Below, in pieces: positions 49,001 through 63,200 of a stretch of 64,000 nt of DNA (positions within the stretch are counted from its first letter, which is position 1; every line of letters begins with the position of its first letter). The DNA lies in contig JAUGWO010000149.1 in NCBI GenBank assembly GCA_049724395.1, forward strand, positions 1 to 64,000, read 5' to 3'. The notes under the pieces were generated by a model. It was given only the letters and a program-made list of their open reading frames with translations. It made no database searches and was not told the DNA's origin. The DNA is from Spongospora subterranea f. sp. subterranea (taxonomy: Eukaryota). The translations under genes and the position numbers were made by a program.

Positions 49001-49854
49001 CGGTTTCATGTTAACTTCCAAACCAGTAAGTATAGAACCAAATCAGAGTGCTCCGCAACAAGACCTAATTTTCCGCACGAGGCCAGTTCCTCCTTGAGCT
49101 GCCGGTATTTATGAATAGACGCCTCTCTCGACATCGTCTCGAGTCGTACTTGCTCTTCAATCAGCTTTCGATCGACGTCAGTTCGACCAGTGGCTTGAGC
49201 ATAATGGATACATGCATTATCAGTAATCATGCGCAACCGGTTGAAAATCTGTTGATGGAGAAAAAACAGTAAGCTAACGTATGAAGATTATGGTGTTGTA
49301 CTGACGTGTGCGTCATCGTTGGCTATTGTATCAACAACGACATTCATTAGGTGTTCAGAGGTTGCTCGACCAATGTCTTCGTCAGTCTCAATAAAATGCA
49401 AAAGGATATTTTGAAAATAACCAGCGACTTCATCACCGTTTGTTACATCTAATGTCGATGGAGAGAGGCCAACGTCAATTTTCGTTCTCAATGCACCGAT
49501 CCCAAGAGTCCCAGACAAGGAAGCCACATAGTCCTTGAAACCATCACTTCCCAGTCTATTGACGTGATAACACAGCAATCCGTGTACGACAGCTGCCAAG
49601 ACGCGTTGCCTCTCAGTTTCCTCATCGACTTTGGGATGAATTGCTGGGGCAGCTGCATGATCAACGCTGGTCATGCGCTTGGGAACAGCGACTGGGTCCA
49701 GCAAATATGTTTGCTTGAACTCATTGACATCACGATATATTCGCTCGGGTTTAGCATAATCCTCCTTTCGTATCGCAGCCAAAGCGCCACCAGAAAGCTG
49801 CCTTTCGTACGCTGGCAGCACCCTGCCAGGAACGGTCAGCAATCGGCGACGCAT
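46033..49854 (-). CDS. POLRMT: Phage-type (T3/T7-like) single-subunit mitochondrial RNA polymerase, multi-exon
   Basis: Arg-rich presequence-like [102 protein letters not shown]-terminal SPYFFC. Confidence 0.96.
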
Positions 49855-50820
49855 TATTAGCGGAATACTGTACGGATGGAGGAGTGGTGCACGCAATGCG
49901 GTTGCGACTGCGCATTCCGGTTGGCGAACTTCACCATTGTTAAGTGGATCATCCCATGAGACAGTGCAGCCCTACGCAGCTACACACAAACCTAATGTTA
50001 ATTGCCAAATAAGGGGACTCCGTATCGCGTAACGTGGCTTTGTCACTGCTCTGTATCGTGCAACGATAACGCGGTCGTAACATGATGCAGGAGACAGTAG
50101 GATATATCACTTGGCATAACGCATCACAGTAACATGCTGTTCTGCATGACAGTGACTCTCTAATATCAGCACATCAAGACGATGAACTATTTCATAATGA
50201 ATTGTGTATCAGACGATGCGGCATCTCTGCAGGGCGCGTGGTCAGCACAACGCGTGCAAAGTGAACGAACAACCCGGCGCGGATGTAATCAAATAATGAT
50301 AGCAAGCCAGGAAAAATCACACGTCATTGGCTTGATTATGATTATTCGCGCCTGCTGTCGTATTGTCTTGCGACTCTAGTGTGTTGCTTCTTAAAATTCT
50401 GATGCAAATTCGGGTGCCCCGATTTGGGAGCGTATAGTAAGAATTGTCCATGTCCGTGCAGAAATCAATAATTCAATCCAAGGTGGATCAAATAAATTTC
50501 GAAAGGTGTTGATGGTATCGTGTGACGTCAATTGAGGAAAGGGCACTATCAATAGATTGCCGTGCTAATCTGGAAAACGTCTTCGATAACTTAGGCTCGA
50601 ATTGATTCCAAGTTCAAAGCAATTTTGCGCCCACATACAGGTGCTCTATGAACGGTAATTATCGCTTTCAGAATATCAGGATCTAAGAGCTTCGCGTACG
50701 TTATTTTCCCTTTAGTTGTCAGAAACAAGACTTCCAAAAATATTCTAGTAAGACACTCTGAGTAGGTATACATCTTTGTTGTCATTCAGATCTGCAGGAC
50801 TCTGCAGTGTTACTTTGTGG

Positions 50821-53808
50821 ATGCCGACCAAGAAAGACTCGGCAGTAATTCCCCTCTTCACCGTCATGTGTGACGTACAGGCCAAACCAGCGTTACTCTG
50901 CCCATCCTAGAACACACTCGTTCATAGGCTTAGCCTGATATGCTCAAGCTGTGAGCACTCGAAAATTACGTCAAAAAATCAGATTTAGCTAATCATGGTT
51001 GCAACCTCGTCTGCTCCCAAAAAGAAAAAAGAGAAGATCGATAAGGTCTGCGGTGTTCAATTCTGGTTTCTTGTTTTTAAGCGATGCTTTGTTGTCGATC
51101 AGAGGAAAGAGGATGAGGCTCCACTGGAAGAGGATGCTTTGTCTGAAGTTGCCGATCTGGAACCAGTTGAGGTCCACATGATCCCTGAGGATCAGGTAAA
51201 AAACCTGACCGAAGAGCAGCTGAACGAGGAGTTCACCAAAGCGTTAAATGCTAATAACCCTCAAGCTCCCCTGAATTTGGTTCTATTCGATTTCACTCTA
51301 GGTCAATTTCAGCCAATGCCTTCCTCAGACCACATTGCTGTGCACTTTTTCATGGACGACACCCTCGTCCTCACGGGAAACGTCGGTAGTGAGACCAAAG
51401 ATGAGCCGAAACCTGTTGAACCGGTGAGAAACAGCTGATATTCCAAATGAAACCGAAAAGATTTTGTTGCCGACCAATGTGATTAGGAAGCCAATAATGA
51501 TGCGCAAACAGATGGAAAATCGCCCACTTCAGAGGTAAACATGATTACAGAATCCTTAATAGAATTTTAACTGTTGGAAAAGGTGGTGCAAACGGAAGGG
51601 CAACAACAACAACCTGTTATCGCCCCTGATAGCCCCAACACTCAAAGAGCAAAGGCTCTGAAAAACCAATTCAACTTCTCGGAGCGCGCGTCACAAACCT
51701 TTAACAATCCAGCTAGGTAATTGACTAATTGCCCGGTCAATATCTATGGTAGAACGAGTGAACGCTTGAGGGGATAGGGACCGAAGTGTCGCCACTGAAC
51801 CGCCTCCTACAGTATCGTTCTCTGGCTTTTGCTCACAGTACATTATTTTCGACGAATACCTGACCGTGTTTCGCGAGAGCAAAGAGCTCAGGGCTCAAAA
51901 AGACCAGGTGGTGTTTACAGTTCTGGTTCGGCTGCAGTTTTCCTGACACACTAACCAAATTAGACAAACAATCGCAAGCAACGCAGCGAAAATGACGTCG
52001 ACGACCCAGTTAACGATTTGATTTTGGCGGATGCGGATAATCATGATGACAAATCCCATAAGGTCTGCAGGTTTTCTCTTCGTGCTAAAGGTGGTTAACG
52101 AACATAATTCAGGTGATGTCGGGGACCAATATGGGTCGAGCAGTTAAGATCATGGAGCGCATTGTGAATTTGAACGCCGAGGAAGAAATCTTCCAGGATT
52201 TCAAATACTTCGAGGACGATGCCGATAAATCTCGCGAAGATGGTGTGGGGTTTTTCCTACCTCTGTGGCGATTCTCGTACTCGAAAGCAAAACGCAAGAC
52301 GGTGACGTCAATCAAATGGAATATGCTTTACCCCGATATTTTCGCTGTCGCATATGGATCGTACGATTTTATGGCTCAGCAAGGAGGTGGTCTGATCTGC
52401 TGCTATACGCTGAAGAACACGTCCAATCCCGAGTACACCTTCACCACAACCTCAGGGATCATGTCGATTGCATTCCATCCCCAACACGCCGCTTTATTAG
52501 CCGTTGGGTTTGTGCTCAAACGTTTCAACGCTCGAACTTCCTCTCAAATTGTTTTTTCCTCAGACTTTACGACGGTTCTGTATGTGTCTACGACATTCGC
52601 TCTAAGGATAATCATCCAATATATCAGGTATGGCGTTGATTGTACCCCTTGATGCGTGTTGACTTCTAACGATGAGGCGAACGCAGAGTTTAGACCCTAA
52701 AGTAAAGCACACCGATCCTGTATGGGAGGTGTATTGGCAAAATACCATTGATGATATCGGAAAAGAAATCAACTTCTTCTCTGTATCCTCTGATGGGCGT
52801 GTTACTGATTGGCTAATGAGCAAGAACGAGCTGGTTAATGAAGAGGTTGGGCTTGGTTCCGTCCGTTGCAATTGCGTCTTTTCAAACGTTTGTGGTAGAT
52901 AATGCAACTAAAGTTAATCTCTAGAAAGACTTCTGATGACCAGACAGAAATCGATAGTGAAAGGTGTTTCCAAACTCCCGACCTTGATCTGTCTATTTGA
53001 CTCAAATGATATTGTCGGCTTACTCAGAACTATGGTTGGCCTAGCTGGTGGTTCGTGCTTCGATTTTAACCCATTTTCTGAGCATTTATTTGTCGTCGGG
53101 ACTGATGAAGGTGCTTTTGTCCCTTCCGTGTCGCGAGTATTCTGATCGTATTGAATAGGCGCTATTCATACGTGTTCAAAAGCCTATAATTCCCAATATT
53201 TAGCCAATTTTGCTGGGCACCATATGGCAGTGTAAGCACGCATGTCCATTTTTTTGTCGAGTTTCAAGAATCTAATGAATTCTACTAGATATGCTGTCAA
53301 ATGGAATCCATATCATCGATCAGTCTTCATATCGTGTTCTGCCGATTGGACTGTTCGATTATGGGAGAGCAGTACTCGAGAGCCGTTGCTGACTTTCGAT
53401 CTGGGTTCGGCTGTTGGCGACGTTGCGTGGGCTCCATATTCTTCCACAACGTTTGCTGCAGTGACTGCAGATGGAAAGGTATTAAAAATTTCAGAGCTTG
53501 TCGTGCTTTCTGCTCACGTTCGTTTCTGTGGAAATAAGGTGTTCTTGTTCGATCTCAACGTTAACAAGAATGAGGCAATTGGCCAGCAGCGTATCGTCAA
53601 GAAAGGAAAATTAACGCATGTCGTGTTCAACACAATTGAGCCCACCATTCTCGTTGGCGATGATCGTGGTGGCGTCATGTCGTTGAAACTATCGCCAAAC
53701 CTTCGGCGAATGTCGGCCAAGACTCTGAAAGACATCAAGAAGGAGGTGGAGATCGCGAAATTACAAGCGATAATGGCCATCGCCGCCAAGAAAGATTCAT
53801 TCCCATGA
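50821..53808 (+). CDS. DNAI1: Axonemal outer-arm dynein intermediate chain 1 (IC78-like, WD40), multi-exon
   Basis: LNANNPQAP, LKNQFNFSERASQT, KIMERIVN..FQDFKYFED, LPLWRF, FAVAYGSYDF, KHTDPVWEVYW, FSVSSDGRV, CSKAYNSQYL, SCSADWTV, LKLSPNLR. Start exon uncertain. Confidence 0.95.
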
Positions 53809-53864
53809 TCGTGTATTAACAGACAAATAAAAATGAGCTTGTGTGATCAGATCCAATATCCTCA

Positions 53865-53944
53865 AATTGTGTTGTTATCGGATCCCTCTCCGTATAATTG
53901 TGTTGTTATCGGATCCCTCTCCATATAATTGTGTTGTTATCGGA
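53865..53944. repeat. 31-bp tandem repeat, ~2.6 copies
   Basis: AATTGTGTTGTTATCGGATCCCTCTCC(G/A)TAT starting at 53865 and 53896, with a partial third copy at 53927. Confidence 0.95.
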
Positions 53945-54166
53945 ATAATAGTGTTTCTGATCGTCACAGATTGATTATGGGATATACCCGTTAAATCAAT
54001 ATCTCGTTCTCATCAATCTGGACAATAAATTCTGGCACGCGTCAACCAGACCGAATTACGCCCGCGGTTGAGCGAAAATAAATTACCGGCGCGATCGGCC
54101 CCCATAATTTCCGGTTCGATTGTTGTTGGTGGGCGAACCCGGGTGGACCGTCCGTCCACCCCCGTC

Positions 54167-57100
54167 ATGAGATATGATCTTCCAACCGATCAGATCATCA
54201 TACTGTGTAAAGCCGGTGGGATCCTGCGATCGTGTCGATCACGTGCACTGAACGTCGCCTTCAACCGCTGGGCCGAGGTCTCCCATCGTCCCCGCATCTC
54301 GTTGACCATGGAGATGCCGGCCGTCGTCTCCCGCCAGCTCTCGTTCGACTTCTCCAGCGCCGACGAATCGAAATTGACACCAACCCAGAGCCGGCAGCGA
54401 TCGATCATGACCGACGCCATCGCCAACGCCGTTCTAGCTCAGTCGAACTCGAAACCGGACGATCCCGAGACCCCTCGTCATCGGGCAGTCGGCAGCCGCA
54501 GCGCCATGTTCGGGAGGCGGGGGTCAGTGATCCTCATGGACACTTTACCGATCATCGACACCAACACGACCGAAGTCCTCGCCGACGAGAACGAGAAGTC
54601 GCCGTTGGCCAAACTCTCCCTGACTGGAATCTCAGGGAATTCCGGTCTTGAAGATCTCGCCAACTTACGCCAGTCCTTGTTCAGAGCCCAGGTAAATGGA
54701 TTTTTTTTTTGTTTCGCGATCGCTGTTTTCAGTTTTCACGAAATCTGGGGCCTTCGTCCAGATACGGCTGAGATGGAAGGAGGCGATCAAACGGATCATC
54801 GTTCTACGAACGATCGCCGTCCAGCGCGAACAGAAACCGTCGGAGCCGTTGAAGGAGGTCCCCAACGACCTGGATCGTGGCGTCATTTCCGCTCGACCAA
54901 TCGATTACTTCATTGTGTTCGGGGTGCATCCCCCGAAAGATTTCGAGAACGTCAACTTCGAGCAGCTGAGCGAATCCCAGATCGAATCCGTGTTGAGACG
55001 AGCGCAAGTATTCGCCGGAATCATCGACAGGTAGAAGATCGTCGGAATAATTTGGTTTCGTCATTGGATTGTGGACTGAACCGTGGAGGAATTCCCTTGT
55101 GGTGCAGATTCCCTCGTCAGGATTATAAAGATTGCCCGGTGAGCGACGTCTGGACGTCGTTGGCGTTTCCAACCGGTATTCTTCTGTCGTGGGTCAAGCG
55201 TCAGCCGAAGTCGCATTTCGCCGTCGTCACCTTCGCCGACGGCCGCAAATGTTTTCTGACCTTTCTGCAATTCGATCAGCCGATCTCGGCTCTGCTCAAC
55301 ATCTCCCCCAGACTCGGTGCCAAAGAACTGTACGAGCGACGCCCGGTTTTTCCGCCGTTGTTGTTGTCGTCTGCTGAATTCGGCGCCGTTCTGTGTGCAG
55401 ATACACGCCCAAAGCGATCTGTATTGTGTCCCAATATCCCCATCTCAGCACCTACCGCAAGATCCTGGCGCAATTGTATGCTGTGGCGTCGTCGCCCACA
55501 TTCCCCGTTCCCGTTGAGCAGTTCGTGTCCCAGATCACGCTGGAGTTGCCCGTCCCCATCCCCGGTTTAGAACCCCCTGTTCTCGTCAACGCGCCATCCA
55601 CCGTACTCACCCGTGTTCTGTGTTCTAGACAAGTTGGGCGTCTCGTTGACGATCAGCGACGTGAACGACCCAATCAGGTTCTACGCGTCGCCTCTACGTG
55701 ATCCGTTGATCTCCCGCCTGCCTTTGCGGTTGCTGTTCGATATCCTCGGCGTCGACTCGATCCTCGGGATCTTCTCGGCGATGATGTTCGAGCAGCGGAT
55801 CCTGCTTCACTCGAACTCGCTCTCGGCGTTGACCATCGTCTGTCAGACAATGCTCCAGTTAATGGGTTTTTCGCCATCTCCCGACAGAACGCGGTCACTG
55901 ATCGACCCATCGTTTTGTCAACCAGATTACTGTATCCGTTCCAATGGACATCCGTTTACGTCCCGGTTCTGGCGGAAGTGATGTTGGACGCCCATCAATG
56001 CCCTCAACCGTATATCCAGGGCGTTCACACCAAGTATCTGTCGCAGTTTACCGATCTCAACGACATCGTCCTCGTCGACCTCGATCACGACCTCATCCGC
56101 TGTTCGTCGCCGCTGCCCCGTCTGCCGCAGCAATCCGGTAATTCCGCCGACGCCAACTCCACCCGTAGCGCCAGCCGGCTAACGCAACGCGATCGCAGGC
56201 AGTGCATTATGGAACAGATTGGGGGAGGTCATGGAGCGGCAATGCAGCGAGAGGGACTTCGTCTCACTCGGTTCGGACGACCCCTTCGGACACTCATCGT
56301 CGTCGAAATTCGACCGCGAAGTGACCGACGCGTTCTTGACGTTCCACGCCGACCTGTGCTCGGGGTTCAGGCGCTTCCTGTTCTTCATCAACGACGTCCC
56401 GTTCTTCAACGGGCGCGGGTTCCTGAAGTCCAAGGTGCTGGAAGACGGGTCGTACGAGTTCCTGGAGAAGATGATCGAATCGCGCGCGTTCGACGGCTTC
56501 CTCGAACAGGAATCGGAACCGTCGTTGTATAACGATTTCCTGGCCAGCGGGGACGTCAGAATATTAGGTCACAAAATGAGTCGATTTCCACTGGATATTT
56601 GTTGGGGATTGAACGAGGCCGAAATTGTAGAGAAAATTCACGAGGTGGAAAGTCGATCGGTCCCATATCATGAGATGAAGACGCCGTCGGCGGCGAACTG
56701 GCGTGATCAAACACAGAGCCAGCACGCGTTCTCGCGGCCGTTGCGCGAGGATGTCATGACGCCGATGGAGCGGATCAAGCTGGCGATGACGCCAAGTCAG
56801 ATGACGGCCAGCACGAGGAGGGCGCACAAGAAGAGGTCTGGCGAACACGCTTTTCGGGCCCTGAACGCAAATCGGGGGCCGACAGCAACAACGGGACACT
56901 GAATGTTGGTTTTTGTTTTGCGATTGGGTCTAGGCCCCAACAGAACGCGCTAGCTGGCCAACATGATCAGATGCAGTATTATATGTCGCAGATATTCTCC
57001 AACGAGGGTCTCAGTGAATCTGATGCCAAATCGGTGAGTCCAATCGACGTCTCTGACGTCGTTGGTGAGCTTTTTTTTCTTTCAATTCTCGAAAAGGGGT

Positions 57101-57776
57101 TTTTTTCTTGATTTTTTTTGCTCCCTGTTGAGTGCGTTGGTCGTGGTCGGTGGGATTTGAGTGGAATCTCTGTTTAGGTATCGCGGCTTCTTGACCACGA
57201 GTCCGCCCGAGACTGCCTATCGGCCATCCTGAAGCAGCCGTTGGCCAAGGGTCCCGACCTGTGCCTTTCCGACTCGTCGTTCGCCGCTCTGGCCGCCACA
57301 CTCCAGACCATGCTCGACTGTTGCCTCACCTACGACGATCATCTCAACGCATCTAGTAATGCCCCTCCCCGATCGATCTCCGCCCCCGAATACGATGATT
57401 GACCAATCGATTGCCCTCGCCAGGTGTCTTGGATGCGTCAACGTTGTTCTTCTGCGAAGGTGACCAAGGTCAACGGATATTCATCGATTCGGTGATTCGC
57501 GATCACTCGATGTGGAGTCAGCAGCTGTTCTGGGAGAAACTGATGGAGAAATCGCTGAAGAAGAGCCCCGAGGCGATTGACGCCAGGCGGGAGTTCATCT
57601 ACGATTGGTTCATGAACTCGGCGCACAAGATGCTCACCCTCGGGGTGGCGTTCGATGACGTCATGGCCACCGTGTTGTATCTGGCCAAGGTCCACGATCT
57701 ACCGGTATCGAGGATAGATGAACTCAGGAGATTCGTCAACAAAGTCGCATTATCAATGTCGCCTGATAACGATTAA
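54167..57776 (+). CDS. DENN-domain protein (uDENN-cDENN-dDENN; putative Rab GEF) with SBF2-like C-terminal region, multi-exon
   Basis: IDYFIVFG, RFPRQDY..LAFPTG, HFAVVTFADGRK, YTPKAICIVSQYP, FEQRILLHS..LLYPFQWTSVYVPVL..CPQPYIQGVH..IVLVDLD, FLEKMIESRAFDGFLE, DHSMWSQQLFWE. Confidence 0.9.
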
Positions 57777-58634
57777 ACAGATTAGTTGTCACCTCTTTGG
57801 CATCGGCATTCCTCTGATAGATCGTTGTTGGTCATTGACGCTGCTATGAACCGCCGCATTCTGTGGAAAATTGTGAACTTTTTGTTGCAAAGAAGGGTCC
57901 AATACAGTCCATTTTAGTGTCTTTGCCATTAACTTCAGATAATGTTTTGAAAACCTTCTGGTTTTAGTTTAATCCCCATTCAACGGCGATCTGTCCACCG
58001 ACATTGATGTCGTTATCAGGTCCTGCCATGGCAAAACGTGCCAGATCCAGACATCCTCTGTTGCAATGCTTCCATGATGATTTTGACCTGTTGCCCACTA
58101 TTACGCTGATGCTAGCCTTTGCCAATAGCGCTACTACTGGACAGGTCTTCCAGCAATCCCAAGGACCGCAATTCAAAAAGACCCGAACACTCCCTTAACC
58201 CCTCGCTTTCGGTTAATATCCAGCCATCGGGCGGATATCTGCTACTGTAGGCAAGCGGGCGATATTCCTCATCGTAAACAGCACCAGCGACCACACTTTA
58301 TAATTTGGCTTCAAATTCGCTCATACAGGGGCGCGGAAGGCGGAAGCATTTTGCGGAACTCAGCGCGTCTGGGGCAACTGGCGATATGACCCGGAAAGAT
58401 GTTGGCAATATCGTTATATGAAAAAAAATCGCGGAAATGTGATCTCTTTCCGCCGAAACTATCGCCATTGCGAATTCTCCATGTTGTTGTCTCTAATCGG
58501 CGGTGCGGAAACTGTTTTGTGCGGTGCCAAAGTTGCCGGTTCGGTGCGGGTGGAGAAAGGGACGTTACTGGCCGTTACCACTGCTGTGGTCCCGTGGGCA
58601 TGCCGGCCGATCGCTCAACAACAGTCAAGTGGCC

Positions 58635-59969
58635 ATGGGTCAGGATGGACCGAATAACAAACGCGGGTGCGGGTGCGTCGCCCTGGCCGGCGATAATCAA
58701 TACTGTGGCACGGCGACTCGCTGCATTGACTACCTGCTCAACTTCGACGTGGTTCTGGGGCTGGAAGAAGCGGAAAACCACAAAATCAATGGGTCTTCTT
58801 CATGTCCGTTAGTCGATATTTTCGCCATTGTAGGTTTGATTTCGGCCACGACCTCGACTATAGTAATATTTGAGGACGTAGACCGTCGGAGCGCTGGCAG
58901 GTCGGTCGAAGGCGGAATTAAAAGCGACAAGCCTGATCCAGGAGGGCGACACGCTCACCCATCGTCATCTCGCACCATATTATGCAGCTGCCGACCAGTA
59001 CCTCAATCGCAAGCATTATGACGCCATCTCGTCCTGGCTAGCAATACTGACTGATGACCGGTCCAACGTCCTGGCCCTGAAGTTCCTAACGACTGCCTGT
59101 TTCTATGTGGGAGATTGCGACACCATGTCTTACGCGTGTCGTTTGGCCATGGAATGCGTCGAAGAGCGATACGTCCATCATGTCTGGGCAATGCTCGCCT
59201 TTGCCCTATCGGAAAAAAATCAGTGTCAACAAGCGGAGCATTATGCGTCAAAAGCCATTGAAATACAAAACGACCTAGCTTGGGGTATTCACGCTATGTC
59301 TCACGTATATCTGGAGCAGTCGAGGTTCCAAGGTAAATTTCAGGTTTTTTTTTACATGGAGTTGAACGTTTGGGCTCATTTTCTTCAACAGAAGGAATAG
59401 AGCTGTTAGCGGCAAACAACTCGCCATGGAAAGCGCACGACGATCTCGCTTGTCATATCTATTGGCATTGGGCAATGTTCTATGTTTACTCAGGCGAAAC
59501 GGATCAGGCCTTGGACCTCTACGATCGCGAGATCATCGTTCGAACCCAGAAGTCGATGGCGTTTCCGATGGACGTGGCCGACGCCGTGTCATTGCTCGTT
59601 CGTCTCGAGCTGTTTGAGAAAGGTGTTGGCCCTCGCTGGGCTGCTCTTCATCACCTAACCACCCACAACGTTCCGATGTTCCTCGCCTACCCATTCACTG
59701 CCGCTCACTATATCGTTCTCGAATGCCATATCAAAGGTGTCGATTCCCGCAAGTTTCTGGCGCAAGCGCTAAACTCACTGGTCGATCAAACGGGGCAGTT
59801 GAAGCCCTTCTTTACTGCTCTGCACTCGTACTGTAAGAAGGACGACATCAATCGTGCTTTTATGGTCTTGTTTTATCATATTTCGAGCTTACGACCCCTT
59901 GGCGGTAGCAACGCCCAGCGAGACGTTTTCAACTTGATGGCGATAAGACGCTGGCATACGATCATGTAA
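58635..59969 (+). CDS. TTC38: Tetratricopeptide repeat protein 38-like, multi-exon
   Basis: WLAILTDDRSNVLALKF..FYVG, AMLAFALSE, AWGIHAMSHVYLE, LACHIYWHWAMFY, DAVSLLVRLEL, GGSNAQRDVF. Confidence 0.88.
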
Positions 59970-60174
59970 TCATGGACACGTATTCGCGCTGATTGTCGGT
60001 AAAACCAGAGGGTGGATCCAGAACCAGCTGATACAACGGCGGTGTTGCTCGTGTAAGAATATAACGAATCCTGATACTGCTGTATCAGACCCGCTGAATT
60101 ACTCCGACCTCAAATTGTCATTGCTTGACCTATCATAAACGCACAATGCTTATACAGCAATCGCGGCCTATATT

Positions 60175-61813
60175 TTATTTTTTTTTCAACATATTGGCTA
60201 GTTTGCTCATTACAGCAGGATTCCCGATATGCTTCATTAGAGCACTTGATCCGTTCATGCGAAGATCTGCAATCACAGGCCCTAGTTCTGGGTCCTAGGA
60301 AAAGGACGGATGTTCAATACACTTTCGGATTGTTAAATTAGTCAAAGTTGCAGTTTACCTGGGAGTGGGCTTGGACACTTGGAGAATCTAAGAAAGTTTT
60401 CAGAGCGCTTGGATCGGTAAGCAGAGACATTGGGTTGAACGGTGCCGAAGTCGGCGAGGCGGATGGGGATGACGCAGGATTTAGACCGCCCATCATCTAC
60501 ATCAGAATTATTGAGTTCTTATCTCCAAAATATCCCCAGACTGTTGTACCCCGCGAAGCAAATCGGGATCTTGCATCATTTGCTGCACCATTGGATTGTT
60601 GAACAATGCGCCTAGATCAAATGGAGATGCGCCTTCTGAGGTTGCTGGCTGATCGAAGATTAGCTCTATAATGGACTGCAAAGAATAGCATCAGCGCAGA
60701 CCTTGCCGTCAATCGCAGAGAGCGCATCCTGAATCTCGCTCGCCAGTGCGCAAGACGAGTCCGAACAGGTTGATAACGCAGCCGTAAAGCTGAAACACGT
60801 TTGAACATTAATGTTGACAGCACAATTCGAGGCCTCTACCTTTCTTTGGCCTTTTTTGTTTCGTTAAGCTGAGAGTAGGCGACTCCTAGACGGTAATGCG
60901 CTTTAGTGTAAGAATAATCCAGTTCAACAGCGCGTTGACTACAAATCATGAACAGTTTAAGCATTCCGAGGGGATTCAGCGCAGACTGGAAAACTACCAG
61001 TCTTTCACCGCGTCTTGGTAGTTTCCCAATTTGGAATGGGCCGCCGCTCTATTACCAAACAAGATAGCGTTGGTTGGGTTGAAAGTAATTGCCTGACTAT
61101 ACAGCTCAATCGCTCCTTGCGTGTCACCATCGGAAAGCGCACGATTGCCTAAGGTGTTCCCATGAAAACATGCTCAACATTTCCATGGTGTTCTACCTTC
61201 CGCTTTTAGCACTTCCGACTGCTCAACCTGTTTTGTAGTCACTGTCGCGGCAGATTGGCCATATTTGTCATTGAATTTTTCCTTTGCTCTGTTTAGGCGC
61301 ACCGAATACTCGGAACTGCCTTCGTCAAATCCTTCGAAAAAACCTTTGTCCTTCAACGCTTTAACAAACTTATCAAATCCGTCTGGATGTCCATTCTGAG
61401 AGTTAATGACAGAAAGGCCACTACAGATGTCCTCAGAAGCATGACGACGCCTCAAAAAACCCCAACATACGTGCGGAATATATCGAGTAGAGGAGGTAGT
61501 GATCTGGTTGACGGTTGATCAATCTGCACACCGGTTGCTTCAGCTGTAGAGAACACCAACGATCAGAGGCCTGGCGTCATGAAAAAAAAAGCACATACTG
61601 ATGCACTGAACCGCAACCTCAACAGAGTCAGCATCGACCGCTTTCGACGATTCTAGCAAAGGATCATCAGTATCACGACGGGTCGCTGCATTGGCCAAGC
61701 AAACGATGGCTGCTCCACAGCGCCTCCACCCCCCGCTTACCTAGGCCGTGTAAAAATTTACAGATGGAAACGATGAGATCCCGTTGATCGGTGGACAAGT
61801 CCCCAGTGGTCAT
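60175..61813 (-). CDS. SGTA/Sgt2-like TPR co-chaperone (dimerisation domain, 3 TPRs, STI1/DP-like C-terminus), multi-exon
   Basis: DLIVSICKFL..ADSVEVAVQCI; LKAEGNRAL..AIELYSQAI..NAILFGNRAAAHSKL..AVKDC..YTKAHYRLG; DPELGPVIADLRMNGSSALMKHIGNP. Confidence 0.85.
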
Positions 61814-62299
61814 GATTGGGGCGGTACGATATCGTTATGAGGATGATGTGAACGATTCCCTCTGACAGTTATGAGCGATGTCATCCCGACGGTTCGTTGA
61901 TCACGAGGCCCCGCCCCACTTCCGTTCCGGCGCAATATCCCCGTGATTGACTCACGCAGGTTTTGATTCACAACAACACACACACACACCGGCTGGTGTA
62001 ACATCAGGGGTCCACTGTTACCGCCGTGTCGCCCGTCTGAGTCATGGACTCATGGCCAACAAATGGACTTTCAGAGAATCCTCCAATGAATTTTTGAACC
62101 TCATAGTCCAAACTGTTATTGTAAAGCGATATGGGTTTGCATATTCGCTATTTTTTTTTTCACAAATTGTTGCCGTCAACTTTCGTCTGTATTCCAGCTG
62201 CGAAATCTCCATTGGTAATTGATAATCTTAGGCGGATGTCGTCCCTTCTTCCAATTTGCAGAGACAGTCTTCTTCGTTTTTCAATTAGGGTTTCGCTGG

Positions 62300-63200
62300 G
62301 TTAGGCGCCAGATCAAGCAAATATGGTGACCGTGAGGTCGGGTATCGTTGACCGCAAGTTCAACGACGACATATCACGAATCTTTGGAAACCTGTCGCTG
62401 ACTTCCTCATATAATGAAACATCCTATGGCCTTGAGCCTTTCCTTTATTCTTGGCGTTCCCATTCTTGAACCAACCTTGACCTGAACCTTGGTTTTGGCG
62501 TTTTTCCTTGTTGACTCCAGGCCGCAATGGCCTAAAATGCCTGTCGATAAACCCAGTTTTGGCTCGAGTTTGATTTGAGAACTGTTGAAGAGAGCTCAAC
62601 ATTGCCGATCATTTGTCATTTTTTATACTTAATTCTGTCTGGACGCCACTCAACAATCTGAGTGCGTTTGCGTCGATGAGCGCGTTTCAATCGATCAATT
62701 GATTATTCTCCGATTGCTTCTTTACCCGATTATTACGAGTTCAATCTACGAGGTATCAGCTCCGTCCCTGTATCTATTCCTCTTCATGATGAGACCGTTT
62801 CCGGAACATTCCTTCCGCGATATCCCTTTCCCAAGTCGAAGATTACCCACTGCACTACAGCACACGTGTTCCTCGGGATAAATGCAGAGAACGAGTCGGC
62901 AATTCTCTAAATCTATCGAGGCACTGAATCGTTTCTCGTTCGGCAAATCTAACGCCCAACGAGACGTTACAGACGGGACGAACGCGATCGAATCACACCG
63001 TTCCCAGCCAGTCCGAATCTCTTTTACAATTCTCCTTTCGACAGTTATCAATCGCCATGATCAAAGATGGTGATAAAATATTCTTGACGGGATCGTGTGA
63101 ATCACTGTCGCGATCGCTCCTCGTGAATGGGCGTGGCACAGTTTCCGCCTGGTGTCGCGGCGTGGAATGACCCGATTTCGAGATGGCGCCAGCCGTAAGG
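62300..63200 (-). mobile_element. Possible heavily decayed retrotransposon gag remnant
   Basis: Fragments ETIQCLDRFREL, a basic Gly-rich linker and a ruined zinc knuckle CFII*GSQRQVSKDS. Many stops; boundaries unknown. Confidence 0.3.

Noticed and set aside
46033..49854. Prophage or viral T7-like polymerase
   Set aside because: Many spliceosomal introns, presequence-like N-terminus and host-gene neighbours identify the normal nuclear-encoded mitochondrial enzyme.
53865..53944. Mini-CRISPR
   Set aside because: Head-to-tail 31-bp units with no unique spacers; a simple minisatellite.
54068..55570. Single 500-aa ORF as its own gene
   Set aside because: It reads through introns; DENN motifs switch frames at GT-AG boundaries, so it is part of the spliced DENN gene.
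61960..62010. LTR terminus (TGTAACA next to a CA microsatellite) pairing with the GT-repeat region near 485
   Set aside because: Similarity is limited to the dinucleotide repeat; no convincing PBS, PPT or second LTR.
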